48,134 bases of DNA from Nemertoderma westbladi (GCA_032718475.1 JAUCBJ010002798.1:1-48134); one strand, 5' to 3'; positions 23,865 to 37,259 are shown, counted from the first letter of the stretch. Made by a program: numbers and translations. Notes: generated by a model not told the origin, from the letters alone.

Positions 23865-24162
23865 TTGGCGCGAGCCACGCAGTCAGGGCGAGCCTTAGCG
23901 CAGAATTATAATTAGTAAATAGGGAAAAATTTCATGTCCGTCTGTATGTAATGAAAAATTCATTCGTAAATAACTTTTGAAGATTTTAACCATTTTCAAC
24001 CAAATTTTGTATGGGCATACTAGAGAAAAAGTTCCAATATTTTTTTAAGTTATGGGCAAATACCTCTCGAACTTTTGACTCCAGATCAAACCGAACTTGT
24101 TTCGCAGTTGCTCAAGTTCGCGTGCTGATCGACGCCCCACGAACGTGTAGCATAATTCTTGT
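23865..24162. mobile_element. Possible Helentron/DINE-like non-autonomous element
   Basis: GC-rich short head, then GTCCGTCTGT and 'TTTTCAACCAAATTTTG' blocks of the kind seen in such elements. Recognised by pattern only. Confidence 0.3.
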
Positions 24163-25127
24163 AATAATCTATAATAATATCCATAATGATTAGGGAATAC
24201 CGCCATTATGTGGCAATATCATGCGTCATTATTTTACCTATAGGGCCCACTTTATTATACATAATGGTGCCATATGTCTCTCGGTATGGGTATATTAAAC
24301 TATAGCACTATGTACTGTACTCTATATTCTAAGGTGATGGTATAATGTCATTTTGAACCCGCTATTAATTTGATGTGTATTTCTCTCACAAGATAAACAT
24401 ATTTTTAAATTGTTCTTTATTAGTGCCTCCATGGATAACAAGGGCTTTGTTACCTGTTGACCCCAATATGTAGGTGAATCACATTAACAGCCTATAATAC
24501 GCTGAATCGCTCATACAATAAGTAGCCAATAAATTAATTAAATTTGATATTTAATACATAATATTATAACATAACAATTAATAAATAATACTTCCCATTA
24601 AATGGTACAGTTTTCAACATTATTTACACATTAAAATTATTAAATGTGACGGTTATTGATATGAGTTAATTTTACAATTAATTTCCGCTTTATTTAAATA
24701 TTTTTTATAAAAACATTAACAATAATAATATAATAGAACATTGAAATATTTTAGATGTATGGGGGTTATAAACTCATTGAATACACTCACTAGAATACTT
24801 GTATTTACTGGAAGACTCGGCTAAATTCGCATCCACTCGAGTAACACCTGACTTTTTCTTTACTAATTTCTGAATTAAGAGCAGGCTACTAGTGCCCCCC
24901 CCCCCCCCCCCCCCCCCCCAGATGAATCAGGTACTCAACTATCTACCATTAAGATTAAAGGTACCCCGGTTAGACCCTTTAAAGCATTCGAGCCGAAACG
25001 TAAACTACCCAGCCCCATGCTGGGATCGAGACCTCTCCAAGGCAACCGACTCAACCACAACACCAAGTCCCACCACCTGTTTAAATTATTATACGATTTG
25101 TCGAAATCAAAGATTGCAAAATAGAAA

Positions 25128-25133
25128 TTTATT
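25128..25133 (-). promoter_or_regulatory. Candidate AATAAA polyadenylation signal for ARPC2
   Basis: TTTATT on the + strand, ~330 nt past the ARPC2 stop codon. AT-rich context makes a chance match possible. Confidence 0.35.
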
Positions 25134-25458
25134 TTTTTTAATTGCAGATTAAATATATATAGACCTCATTAAATATAAATAGATATGGATTGCAGATAAA
25201 AAATACAACCATCAATAAATAATAAACATAGTCGAATCGCTGAGAGAATAATAAAACTTTTAGCTCGACAATTTGAATTCACGTCTAATAGAGTTATTCA
25301 GTGCGATTTATATTTAACTCACTGATGGAAAGAAACTCTTATTTACTTAATTCGACAGTTGATTACTTTAACTCTTTACGTATATGATTTCAATCGATAA
25401 AATATTAAATTAGATATTCTATATAAATAATTAGGGAGTCTGGATAATCGGCAGCAGA

Positions 25459-26373
25459 CTATTTATTGAAAGTTTTACCAGTTATGGTTTTTTTCTGAGC
25501 CTTCGAGTCGCTATCAGGCCGCGCACGGTTCAGGACTTTTAGGAACTCAGTTGTCTTGGCGCGCATCCGAGAATGGATGTAGGCCTTGGTGCATTTGATG
25601 TGGTAGTGAAGGTAGTTACGAAGCGTGTGAATCAGATTGATTGTGTTATCCCGCGTGGCGGAAGTGAAGTGACGTGGAAACAACACAAAGGTAATGTAGC
25701 CGATATTATCTCCAGAACGAGCTCCCGGTGTCTTCTGTAACTCGAGCGGCGGGTTCTTATGGCTGAACAAAATCTGGGGATTGGCACCAGTGGCTTTACG
25801 ACCTTCTTTGAACTCTTGCATGAACACCTTCCCGATTACAATGTCGTCTTCGTCTTTGAATACGGTGCTGAATATAACTGTGACTCTATCATGCTGGGCC
25901 TCCACATACATTGTCTCGTCGTCCCGGTAATGGATAACCGCGCGTTTATGTTCTGTCTCGCCGCTCTGTTGCCATTCGAAGTACTTCATAAACACGGTGG
26001 CAAAACAGTTTCGCTTTAAGGAGGCCGCTTTCTTCGAGAGCAAGTCCCTGGCGGCAGGATCAGCAGGCAGACTCGTTAGATCGTAGATTAAACTCACGTT
26101 GTATCCATTCTCAGCCTTCTCGCAGAGATGATCCCCGTATTCCGCCCGCAGTAGATCCAAAGCCGAGAACTGTTCCAGCTCTTTGTAGAATTTCATGGCG
26201 ATGGAGACCTGCACCTTGGTTTTATCGCCCCCCGGGTTGTGTATGTGGTACTGTACGCCGTCGAAGTCGGCCACAATTACCGTCACAGGTTCGGGTTTAC
26301 TCCCAGCCGCCGTAGCGAATCGGACATCCAATGTCTCCCGAACTACGCGATTTTCGATTTCTAACAAAATCAT
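25459..26373 (-). CDS. ARPC2: Actin-related protein 2/3 complex subunit 2 (p34-Arc), single-exon CDS
   Basis: Intact 304-aa ORF with [90 protein letters not shown] and C-terminal KKTITGKTF. Confidence 0.97.
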   Translation of the reverse strand: MILLEIENRVVRETLDVRFATAAGSKPEPVTVIVADFDGVQYHIHNPGGDKTKVQVSIAMKFYKELEQFSALDLLRAEYGDHLCEKAENGYNVSLIYDLTSLPADPAARDLLSKKAASLKRNCFATVFMKYFEWQQSGETEHKRAVIHYRDDETMYVEAQHDRVTVIFSTVFKDEDDIVIGKVFMQEFKEGRKATGANPQILFSHKNPPLELQKTPGARSGDNIGYITFVLFPRHFTSATRDNTINLIHTLRNYLHYHIKCTKAYIHSRMRAKTTEFLKVLNRARPDSDSKAQKKTITGKTFNK

Positions 26374-26784
26374 ATTTATGTACCGGTTGTTGATGCTCGC
26401 GTGTTAGAGAGGAGCGTACAACTATTGAATTATTATAATATCACTAGGCCTAAATATTACTCTATGCTCTACAGCTCTAGGCTTATTGCTGTATTGCAGT
26501 ATTGTACAGTTGTACAAACTGAGTGGACAGTACACAGGTACAGATACAGCAGTAGGCCTATGCAGTAGTACTGTAGTATAAGGCCTGCCTGAGGGAGGCC
26601 TGACAGCCTGTGTAATGAGAACCAGAGTCCTGGAGTAGTGGAGTACCACTAGTCTTTCACTTCACAGTACAGCAGTAGGCCTACCGGTAAAGAGCAGTAC
26701 AGTGTGCAATGTTACAGTACAGCAGTAGGCCTACCGGTATACAGCAGTACAGTCTGTGTTTACAGTACAGTCATTATTTTCCAG

Positions 26785-26954
26785 ATCCCAAGATCCCGGA
26801 AGAACTGTCAGCCATACCGCAATCACCCTGGTCAATAGAACTGACGTGGTCTGTAGATTCAAGCAGAGCCATCAACAACCACTACGGTTTATATGTTAAC
26901 AACACCAACTCAGGGACTGTTCGATTTATAAAGATCTCCAACGCAGTAAAATCA
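26785..26954 (+). CDS. LAR-like Ig/FN3 receptor, exon G (FN3-3 first half)
   Basis: attttccag| acceptor, |gtgagt donor, phase 1-0. Encodes PKIPEELSAIPQSPWSIELTWSVD...HYGLYV...ISNAVKS. Confidence 0.8.
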
Positions 26955-29900
26955 GTGAGTTTAATTTGTATTTGTACTGTACTGTATGTTGGTGTTGGCA
27001 GATAATTAAGAGGGGCAGGCAGCGTGTTGGGTCGAAATTTGTACTGGAAACCTGTGCTATTAACTCGCACTTATTGTTTTGGTTAAAATGACGTGCAACT
27101 GCAACCTGCTCATTAGAAGGGTACTGATTGATCGGTTAAATAGATTTCCACAAGATTTTTATTTCCCATCACATAATGAAATACTAATTATTAAATTGTT
27201 ATTAAATCATAAATATAAGATTATTAAATCAAAATACAGTATAGGTAATACTGTAGGTATTTGCAGTATGTCCAATAGTCATAATATATAATTGAATTTA
27301 AGTCATTTGTAGCAATACTCCACTGAAAGCTTTAGCGAATACATATAATTGTCACTTTGCCATAGATTTTTATATATTATTGACATGTTGTACTTTAGCA
27401 ACAATTTATATGTAAAATCTTATGATTATTGTTTAATGCTTTCCCTGTATTAAGTCCAAATTATTTGGCCTATTGTTTAAAAAAACGATAAAAACTATAG
27501 TCTTGTTTTTTTGTCAATCTAAGCCCCCTTTGTAATAGGCCTATTGAGTATTGTTGAGGTTACCGTGTACAATAACTGTAGTACTGTATGTAGAAAATGT
27601 CTGCAATTTCAACGTTTTCCTATTTTGTTTTTGATCCGTTCAAGATTATACTTGGCCATCACAGTATATTTTAAACCACAAGCCGAATCTTGGTGTAGAA
27701 ACTGTGCAGTGTACAGTTCTACAGTTTGCCGCTAGAGGTCAAAGAGTATAAAGGTGAAAACCTCATTTACCCCATTTCGAAGTTTTAATGCTTTTCAGCC
27801 GATTCGTGGAAGAGTGTACTACACCATAAACTTAAGGCCTAGGCTGGACTTAGTGAGGGCGAAGAGTTTAACAGTGAAAAACATTAGCGTATTGGAGAAT
27901 TTAAATTGTTCAAACTCTTCCTAAACACGCAGTGCAGTGACTGCTCAAAAGTATTACAAACAACTGAATTGGACAAGGAGTTATAACTTTCTCATATTTG
28001 GCCATATAACGGTAGAGTTTCAAACTACATAATATTTTAATCGATTATTGCGACAATAATTAGGCCTACGTTGTACAATGAAAACCTTATAAAAAACAAT
28101 AAAATATAGTAGGCCTACAATAATACAGTAAGTAAGTAGCCTATAAAAAAATTTTGAGGAGGTGACCCACCATACAGTAGTTAAGCGTTTTATGGGATTG
28201 GATTTGTCAATTCACTGTCACTACCAATGAGTGTACACTACAATGCCTCGTTTGTTAGGTGAGCATTGTATGTTTTACTAATTAGAAACCACCAGGTTAC
28301 TTTCTGTAAGGTATCCACAGTAGAAATAAAATCGTGTTGAGAATGACTGAGTCAACTCAGCAGACTAACGAGTACTCTAATTTTTGGTCATTGATACAGT
28401 ACATATTTAAGGGCACTCGCAAATTTTCAGACCCAAATTGGCGAGTGGTCTACGAATGAGACGCTCTGATTGGCCGAAAATGAAACTCGTTAAATATCGA
28501 CAAGAATAAACGAAACTTGTCCATACTCGCTAGGAACATCCCTTACCTTAGTCTCAACACCCAGGGTGGGCCACGAGCTGGTTGGGCCAGGGGTCTAGAA
28601 ATGAGAATAAATAACTCATTAAATCCCGACTATAATTTAAAACGAAACTTGTTGGTCTCGATAGTGTAAAATATTGATAACTTGGGGGGGGGGGGGGGGG
28701 GTAGTGTATTAAAGCCAAGATCCGGTAAATATAGATACAGAAGAACTGAAGGAAGAACCATTATTATTAATAAATAGCAAAATAATCAACGGGTGTAATG
28801 TAATGTCCAAGCCAAAACAATGTACCAGAAACCATATCATCGGGCCTACAATCTATTGATCGTAGGCCCGATAGTATCCACTCAGTCTTTCATCCACACT
28901 TGTCAAATAAATGAGGACCAGTTTAATTACTGCGATCAAAACTTGGGATAGCAGTAGCGCCATCCTACGTTATACATATTAATATATAATTTAATAATTC
29001 ACCCAATCCATTATTACAGTAGTTAGTGATTGTATCCCTGATCCATGACTTCACCTTTGTTTTATTAATATACTGTACATTTCCTCCAGCAATTAAAAAC
29101 CGAATTTCTTGAAGTCGTAAAGAGGAACCAAAATTCACAAGTTTTGTAGACATATTGTTTAATACTAATAGCACCCTTGGGGTAACGTGCAGGCTAGGTA
29201 ACATGCGCAATGCTAGGCTAGAGAGAGTACCGGGAATCGGCCAGAGGTGAAAAGAATTGGTTGCAAAATTAACTGCTTGGGACGGACAGACGGATTCAAC
29301 TCGCATTCAAACCTGGCATTCGGTAATCAGCATTCTTCTAGCATTCGCCACTATGTTTCATTTCCGAATGCTGTTAGCGTGCTGAAGATGTTCGGATCCC
29401 GAATGCGCCACGTATTCGCCGTGTTTAATGGGTTATCCTTCATGATTGACAGGACAGGAAACAGATGAAGAGGACCCAGCCCCAACAGTCAGTATGTCCG
29501 CCCACACATCAAAGTTAGCGCCGATTTCCAAGTAAATTCCTAATGAAATCCAAGTCAAATCCTAAGTGCCTCCAAGTCTGGAATTTGAGCGAATTTTCAT
29601 TTCCAAGTAAATCCTAACTCCTATAGTAGTGAATCAGTGACTTGGATCCTAATAGGATCCAATAAGACGTTATTTGAAAGCGGTACTGTACAATAATTTT
29701 AGTAAAATTACAATAATTTTTGGTTGTTTCATTTACACCTTTTAACTCGTATCCACCATGTTTGTTTGTCCTAAATTTTACCATAATTATGTTGTTAATA
29801 GTGTTTCCAATATATTGAAGGACATTTTATTTATCTTATTTTATTTATGTTTTTTCTATTTTGTACTGTTTTCCAATAAAACACATTTTCTAGGACAATG

Positions 29901-30917
29901 TTGAATACCATACTGTACATTTGTTTGTTGCCGTTACATTTTACTTACTTTATATGTTATATTTTAATATGCTATCCTTAGTGCTTGTTTGATGGGCAAA
30001 GCCTCCCAAAACAGGCTGGGAATCCAAAGCCAGGGGCAATACTGCAATATGCATTATGCAATACCGGCTGCCCGGTATCAACCTTACATGTCAACTGTAA
30101 ATACTTTTGTTCATCTGTTAACTATTTTATTATGTTATCGTTATTGTTCATATTTTAATTGTGTAAATTTTAGCTGATTTGACGTCTAATAAAAAATTCA
30201 AATTCCAACCACATCCTTTGTCCTTCTGTCCTTTAGCTGTTTAGCCTACAGCCTATCCTGATATCTGCCTAGGCCTATACAGCTATAGCCACCAAGTATA
30301 GTACCGGTACCGGTATAGGCGGTACAGCGGTATGCAGTATGCTGGTATGCGGTAGGTCCTACAGCTGTACAGTAGGTCGCACCGGGGGTTCGGTTGGTCA
30401 GTTGGTAGAAACAGATCAATCACAGCAACCAATCAGGGATGATGGCATAGGCCTATGTACTGATCTGATACTGTGATAGGCCTACCGTATAAACCCTTGG
30501 AACTTGGAAGGTACAGACTGACAGAGTTAGTGTGGCGGAGTAACGCCTTTATTACCTCATCCTGTCATCCATCATCGGTAACAGAGCCAAGAGAGATGCC
30601 GAGAGTGGAGAGAGGGCCGGGCTCTGTGCTCTGGTGTATCATTTTTCCCAATCAGCCAATATCCAACAATTACAGTTCTTTACTTTACCTTTGAGTAGGC
30701 CTAACCCAGTAACCCTGTAACCATCCAGCCATCCACCACCAGGATCAGACCTTCCAAATTACAACTTTTTAGGCCTACAGTCAGACAGTATTACTGGTAG
30801 GCCTATTAGCCTACCTGCCTACCGGCAACCAGGCCCCCAAACACTTTAATCCTAAAATTACGAAAATTTAGTTCAGTGATTTTTATTTATAAATTTCACT
30901 ACGGTAGGCCTACCGTA

Positions 30918-31548
30918 GGCCTTCCGGCCTGTATGGAATCCATCCAAAAAGTGCACCGGATAGCGCGCCGACCAATTTTTATGCGCGCCGCGCACCGATG
31001 CCATTTCGAAGAAAAACCCTGCGCCAACTAAATTTTTAATCACGCCGATGCAATTTCGAAGAAACCCCGCGCCAACTAAATTTTTAAGCGCGCCACACAT
31101 TGAAACAATTTTGAAGAGCGCCACGCCAATGCAAATTCAATTTTGAGGGAGTGTAACCCAGTGTCAGTCAGTCAGTACTGCTGTACCTGTACCAGTCCCT
31201 GCTGCCCTATACAACAGTTGCCTAACCATAACCACTGAACCATACAACAGAAAAAGAAAGGCGAGCGAAGCGAGCCGAAATTTTTAAACAGCTAACTAAT
31301 GCAATTTTTAAGGCACTTCCATAGCCTAATTGTTAAACCTGTAAACTCACGGTCGGCACCGGTTTGTATTTTTGGGAGCGCCACGCGCCAAAGCCGGCGC
31401 GCTTTACGATTTTCGAGCGCGCCACGCGCCAAAGTCGGCGCGCTTTACGATTTTCGAGCGCGCCACGCACCACATTGGCGCGCTTTTATTGCAAAGTGCG
31501 CCAGATTAATCCAGCGCAAAGTGTATAGATTCCAGTCTGGCCTTCCGG
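30918..31548. mobile_element. CpG-rich, GCGCC-repeat insertion flanked by a direct repeat (possible hAT-like MITE)
   Basis: GGCCTTCCGG at 30918-30927 and 31539-31548. Inverted TGGAATC/GATTCCA near both ends. Many subterminal GCGCC motifs and a ~40-bp tandem duplication at ~31378-31468. Confidence 0.45.
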
Positions 31549-31819
31549 TAACAAAAAACGCTGAGTTTGTTGTGCTGATTGCAGTTCATACAGTCAGTTA
31601 ACCCAGACCCAGACTGCAGACATGCATCTGTGCATACAGCCAATACTGCAATAGCAGAATAGGCTGATCTGAGATCTGATAGGCCTATATGATTTGTTAT
31701 TAGTCCTACCATAATTAATAATTAGCAAACGAATGATAAATACAGTAGGCCCCTAATAATATCTATAATATACCCGTATACCCCTACAATAACTACTGTC
31801 ACTGCTGTTTTTATATGAA

Positions 31820-33628
31820 ATGAGTCTAGAGAATCAACTAACACAGAAGATGTTTCTCAGTAAGGCTTTAGAAAAGATAATGCTGGATAAGGAAACACGC
31901 AAACCGCACAACAGCCAGCTGCGGAAGGCGTGTGAGGAAGCGTTACTCCGGCTCGGCGAGGAACTCAAACAGTCCACCTCCAAGAACCAGGAATCCGACA
32001 ACCAATCAACCCTCCCGCTGCCTTCCAGCCACGCCAATATCATCGAGGCCGACCAGTATTTCCTTCCGTTCGAGCTGAGCTGCCAAAGTAAATCGCCGCG
32101 GATCGTAACAACCGCCTTGGACTGCCTCCAGAAACTAATCGCGTACGGACATCTAGTCGGCAGCGCGTCGGATCCCCGCAACCCGGAGAGGCGACTCATC
32201 GATCGCATCGTCGACGTTATTTGCAGCTGTTTCGTCGGGGAGTCCACCGACGACGCTGTCCAACTCCAAATCATCAAGGCTCTCCTCACTGCCGTCACAT
32301 CGAACACCGGATGCGAGGTACACGAAGGAGCTCTACTGCTGTCCGTACGAACCTGCTACAATATATACCTCGCATCCCGCAACCCAGTCAACCAAACCAC
32401 CGCCAAAGCGACTCTAACCCAGATGCTCAACGTTATATTCCTGCGGATGGAGCAGCACGAAGAAGCTAAACCCGCAGTCGTTGTAACTCAAGTCGAAGAG
32501 GACGCCGATACGGTTGATACTGTAGTTAATTACGTTGTCGAAGAATTACTAGATCGCGCGGTTACTGAAGGAGAACTTCCTAAAGAAGTGGAAATCCCTG
32601 GAGATTCCCCCTCGGTGCCCCCTGGAGGTTCCCCCTCCGATCCCAATGGAGTTGCCCCCTCCGGCCTCCCTGGGGTCCCGGAACCGATCGACTCCTCCCT
32701 ACTCCTCCTCACCCCTCTCCTCGTCAACGTCTCCCAGAAGGACGCCTTCCTCGTCTTCCGCTCTCTCTGCAAACTCTCGATGAAGTCACTGCCCACTAGC
32801 CCGCCCCCAGACCCCCGCTCCCACGAGGTCCGCTCCAAGGTCCTCAGCCTCCAACTCCTCCTCGACGTACTCAATAACGGCGGGCCCGTATTCCGCTCCC
32901 ACGATATGTTCGTCTCCGCTATCAAGCAGTACCTCTGCGTGGCCCTCAGCCGCAACGCCGTCTCTTCCGTCCCCGAGGTCTTCCAACTCTCTCTCGCTAT
33001 CTTCCTCGGTCTCTTCACCTCCTTCAAATCCCATCTGAAGATGCAGATCGAGGTCTTCCTCAAGGACATCTTCCTCAATATCCTAGAAACTCCCACCAGT
33101 TCGTTCAGCCACAAACTCTGCCTCGTTACCGCCCTCACTAAGATCTGCGCGGACGCCCAGTTAGTCGTTGATATCTACCTCAACTACGACTGCAACATGG
33201 CCTCGAGTAACGTGTTCGAACGCCTCGTTAACGACCTCTCCAAGATCGCCCAGGGCAGACAGGAGTCCCTCCCCGGGGAGGGCGGTAAGACGATGAGGTT
33301 GAAGGGCCTCGAGTGTTTGGTGCTGATCCTCCGGTGTATGGTGGACTGGTCCAAGGAGTTATACGTGCGGCCCGCGATACAGACGACGTTAGGGGCTGAG
33401 TCCACGCCGTGTGGGAGTCACGCCCCCCCGCGGGACGACGCCGACAGTCGCTCGCTCTCGGTCGGGGGAGGCACCAGTTCCAGTTACGGCGGCTCTACCA
33501 GTTCGGTTAACAGCGCCGGAGTCGATACCTCGGAGAAGTTCGAGGTTATTAAACAGCAGAAGGAGTTGTTGGAACACGGAATCGATATATTCAATAAGAA
33601 GCCGAGACGGGGAATACAGTATCTACAG
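31820..33628 (+). CDS. ARFGEF1: Brefeldin A-inhibited ARF-GEF (BIG1/BIG2/Sec71-type), exon 1: DCB, HUS and start of Sec7
   Basis: 'ADQYFLPFELSCQSKSPRIV', 'LDCLQKLIAYGHL', 'VQLQIIKALLT', 'KDAFLVFRSLCKLSMK', 'YLNYDC', ending KKPRRGIQYLQ at CAG|gtgagt. 603 codons, phase 0. Symbol denotes the ARFGEF1/2 co-ortholog. Confidence 0.95.
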
Positions 33629-36042
33629 GTGAGTGTCCGGTATCTACAGGTGAGTGTCCGGTATCTACAGGTGAGTGTCAGGTATCTACAGGTGAGTGTC
33701 AGGTATCTACAGGTGAGTGTCCGGTATCTACAGGAGAGTGTCAGGTATCTACAGGTGAGTGTCCGGTATCTACAAGTGAGTGTCCGGTATCTACAGGTGA
33801 GTGTCAGGTATCTACAGGTGAGTGTCAGGTATCTACAGGTGAGTGTCCGGTATCTACAGGAGAGTGTCAGGTATCTACAGGTGAGTGTCCGGTATCTACA
33901 GGTGAGTGTCCGGTATCTACATGTGAGTGCTCGGTATCTACAGGTGACTGGGTGAGTCTCCGGTATCTACAGGTGAGTGTCCGGTATCTACAGTTGAGTG
34001 TCCGGTATCTACAGGTGAGAGTCCGGTATCTACAGGTGAGTGTCCGTGTCCGGTATCTACAGGTGACTGGGTGAGTGTCCGGTATCTACAGGTGAGTGTC
34101 CGGTATCTACAGGTGAGTGTCCGGTATCTACAGGTGAGTGCCCGGTATCTACAGGAGAGTGTCAGGTATCTACAGGTGAGTGTCCGGTATCTACAGGTGA
34201 GTGTCCGGTATCTACAGGTGAGTGCCCGGTATCTACAGGTGACTGGGTGAGTGTCCGGTATCTACAGGTTAGTGTCCGGTATCTACAGGTGAGTGCCCGG
34301 TATCTACAGGTGAGTGTCCGGTATCTACAGGTGACTGGGTGAGTGTCCGGTATCTACAGATGAGTGTCCGGTATCTACAGATGAGTGTCCGGTATCTACA
34401 GGTGAGTGTCCGGTATCTACAGGTGAGTGTCCGGTATCTACAGGTGAGTGCCCGGTATCTACAGGTGAGTGTCCGGTATCTATAGGTGACTGGGTGAGTG
34501 TCCGGTATCTACAGGTGAGTGTCCGGTATCTACAGGTGAGTGTCCGGTATCTACAGGTGAGTGCCCGGTATCTACAGGTGAGGGTCTGGTATCTACAGGT
34601 GTGTGTCCGGTATCTACAGGTGAGTGTCTGGTATCTACAGGTGAGTGTCCGGTATCTACAGGTGAGTGTCCGGTATCTACAGGTGAGTGTCCGGTATCTA
34701 CAGGTGAGTGTCCGGTATCTACAGGTGAGTGTCCGGTATCTACAGGTGAGTGTCCGGTATCTACAGGTGAGTGTCCGGTATCTACAGGTGAGTCTCCGGT
34801 ATCTACAGGTGAGTGTCCGGTATCTACAGGTGAGTGTCCGGTATCTACAGGTGAGTGTCCGTCATCTACAGATGAGTGTCCGGTATCTACAGATGAGTGT
34901 CCGGTATCTACAGGTGAGTCTCCGGTATCTACAGGTGAGTGTCCGGTATCTACAGGTGAGTGTCCGGTATCTACAGGTGAGTGTCCGTCATCTACAGTTG
35001 AGTGTCCGGTATCTACAGGTGAGTGTCCGGTATCTACAGGTGAGTGTCCGTGTCCGGTATCTACAGGTGACTGGGTGAGTGTCCGGTATCTACAGGTGAG
35101 TGTCCGGTATCTACAGGTGAGTGTCCGGTATCTACAGGTGAGTGCCCGGTATCTACAGGAGAGTGTCAGGTATCTACAGGTGAGTGTCCGGTATCTACAG
35201 GTGAGTGTCCGGTATCTACAGGTGAGTGCCCGGTATCTACAGGTGACTGGGTGAGTGTCCGGTATCTACAGGTTAGTGTCCGGTATCTACAGGTGAGTGC
35301 CCGGTATCTACAGGTGAGTGTCCGGTATCTACAGGTGACTGGGTGAGTGTCCGGTATCTACAGATGAGTGTCCGGTATCTACAGATGAGTGTCCGGTATC
35401 TACAGGTGAGTGTCCGGTATCTACAGGTGAGTGTCCGGTATCTACAGGTGAGTGCCCGGTATCTACAGGTGAGTGTCCGGTATCTATAGGTGACTGGGTG
35501 AGTGTCCGGTATCTACAGGTGAGTGTCCGGTATCTACAGGTGAGTGTCCGGTATCTACAGGTGAGTGCCCGGTATCTACAGGTGAGGGTCTGGTATCTAC
35601 AGGTGTGTGTCCGGTATCTACAGGTGAGTGTCTGGTATCTACAGGTGAGTGTCCGGTATCTACAGGTGAGTGTCCGGTATCTACAGGTGAGTGTCCGGTA
35701 TCTACAGGTGAGTGTCCGGTATCTACAGGTGAGTGTCCGGTATCTACAGGTGAGTGTCCGGTATCTACAGGTGAGTGTCCGGTATCTACAGGTGAGTCTC
35801 CGGTATCTACAGGTGAGTGTCCGGTATCTACAGGTGAGTGTCCGGTATCTACAGGTGAGTGTCCGTCATCTACAGATGAGTGTCCGGTATCTACAGATGA
35901 GTGTCCGGTATCTACAGGTGAGTGTCCGTCATCTACAGATGAGTGTCCGTCATCTACAGATGAGTGTCCGGTGTCTACAGATGAGTGTCCGGTATCTACA
36001 GGAGAGTGTCCGGTATCTACAGGTGAGTGTCCGGTATCTACA
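33629..36042 (+). repeat. Tandem array of ~110 x 21-bp units GTGAGTGTCCGGTATCTACAG, forming consensus 5' splice sites at unit junctions
   Basis: Starts at the first intron base. Most junctions read CAG|GTGAGT. Includes +8 (GTGACTGG) and +6 variants and a 1004-bp higher-order duplication. Confidence 0.95.
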
Positions 36043-36977
36043 CTTCGACCCTTCTCCAATCATCACCGCCTTATTGTGGCCAAGGTAAGCTGCCTTGCCG
36101 CGGCATGACTGGTCCTCTCTGTTGCAATAGCCAAGTGTGAGATCCGGCTTCACACTACAGCTGACCAACAGGCATGAGGTTCTTGCCTCTGAGGCGGCAG
36201 ATCACTGTGAGGGCTATACTGCCTTCACAGAAGCAGTTAAGTTAGCAGCTGCAGAAACAGTTCCTGTATACCCTCGAAACAGGAAAAGGGCCCCCTGGAC
36301 TGACAACAAAATTCAGAAGTACCGAAATGACCTCTATAAGGCGCAGAAAGAAAGAGTCCCGACTCAAACAGACTACAACAGCGGCCAAGAATGCAGTTAA
36401 GGCTGCATCTTGGTCCCGAAACAGGCAGTAGGCCTACTCTGATAACCTGAAGAAGCTTATCAATAAGCAGGTTAATGCCATTAACAATGCTGATGATAGT
36501 AGGCAATCAGTCCAAGCATGGCAATCAATAAACCTGCTCATTGGGAGAAAAGCTAACCAATCACCAAGGTTAAGGCTGAATCTCCGGCTGAACGCCTCAA
36601 AGGTTGGAAGGGCCACTTTGAGAAGCTTCTAAACAATGACAGTTTGTTGCCTGATAACTTTGAGATACATCATGTATCTGAGTCTGTGCTCACAGATATC
36701 CCCATTGGTGACATCTCCTTTGCTGGAACCAAGACTGCAGCTAGGAGTATGAAGACCAATCGTGCCAGTAGAGTAGGCGCACCTGGGATCCTGTTGAGAG
36801 ACTGTTACGAGGGAACCAAAATGGGTTCCGTAAAGGTCGTTGGACCATGAAGTCTATTCTGGCACTTAGAAGGATAATTGAAGAGTTATCAATAAATAAA
36901 GACAGGCAACTGGCTGTTATCTTTATTGACTTCTTCAAAGTCTTTGATTCAGTCTCTCGCTCATTTATGTTCAGCAT
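36043..36977 (+). mobile_element. Decayed RTE LINE fragment inside ARF-GEF intron 1
   Basis: Broken frames give 'FTLQLTNRHEVL...RKRAPW' and 'ILALRRIIEE...AVIFIDFFKVFDSVSR', matching the order of motifs in the intact RTE ORF. Confidence 0.75.
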
Positions 36978-37200
36978 AGTCCAGTATCTACAGGTGAGTT
37001 TCCATTATCTAAATGTCCAATATCTAAATGTGAGTGTCCAGTATCTACAGGTGAGTGTCCATTATCTAAGGATGAGTGTCCATTATATACAGGTTAGTGT
37101 TCAATGGAAAGAGGTGAGTATCCAATAGATACAGGTGAGTTTCCAATAGATACAGGACAGGTTGTCCATTCTTTTTACCTATTATCAGTATCTATAGGTT
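36978..37200 (+). repeat. Diverged older copies of the 21-bp donor repeat
   Basis: GTCCAGTATCTACAGGTGAGT-like units decaying towards the acceptor at 37259. Confidence 0.8.
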
Positions 37201-37259
37201 CTAGTCCCGACCCGACCATTACGTCTACCTATGACTACTTACTATCTGTGTACTTTTAG

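Noticed and set aside
27799-27923. Acceptor-like ttttcag followed by a short open frame, as the missing FN3 half-exon
   Set aside because: The peptide lacks the FN3 L-x-P/x-x-T-x-Y pattern and runs into a stop. 45104-45218 fits far better.
33629-36108. ORF-track proteins ending in or made of VSVRYLQ / ECPVSTG repeats as stand-alone genes
   Set aside because: These are intron read-through. The conserved protein resumes at 37260 (YLQ|EQG). Kept only as an alternative-donor hypothesis.
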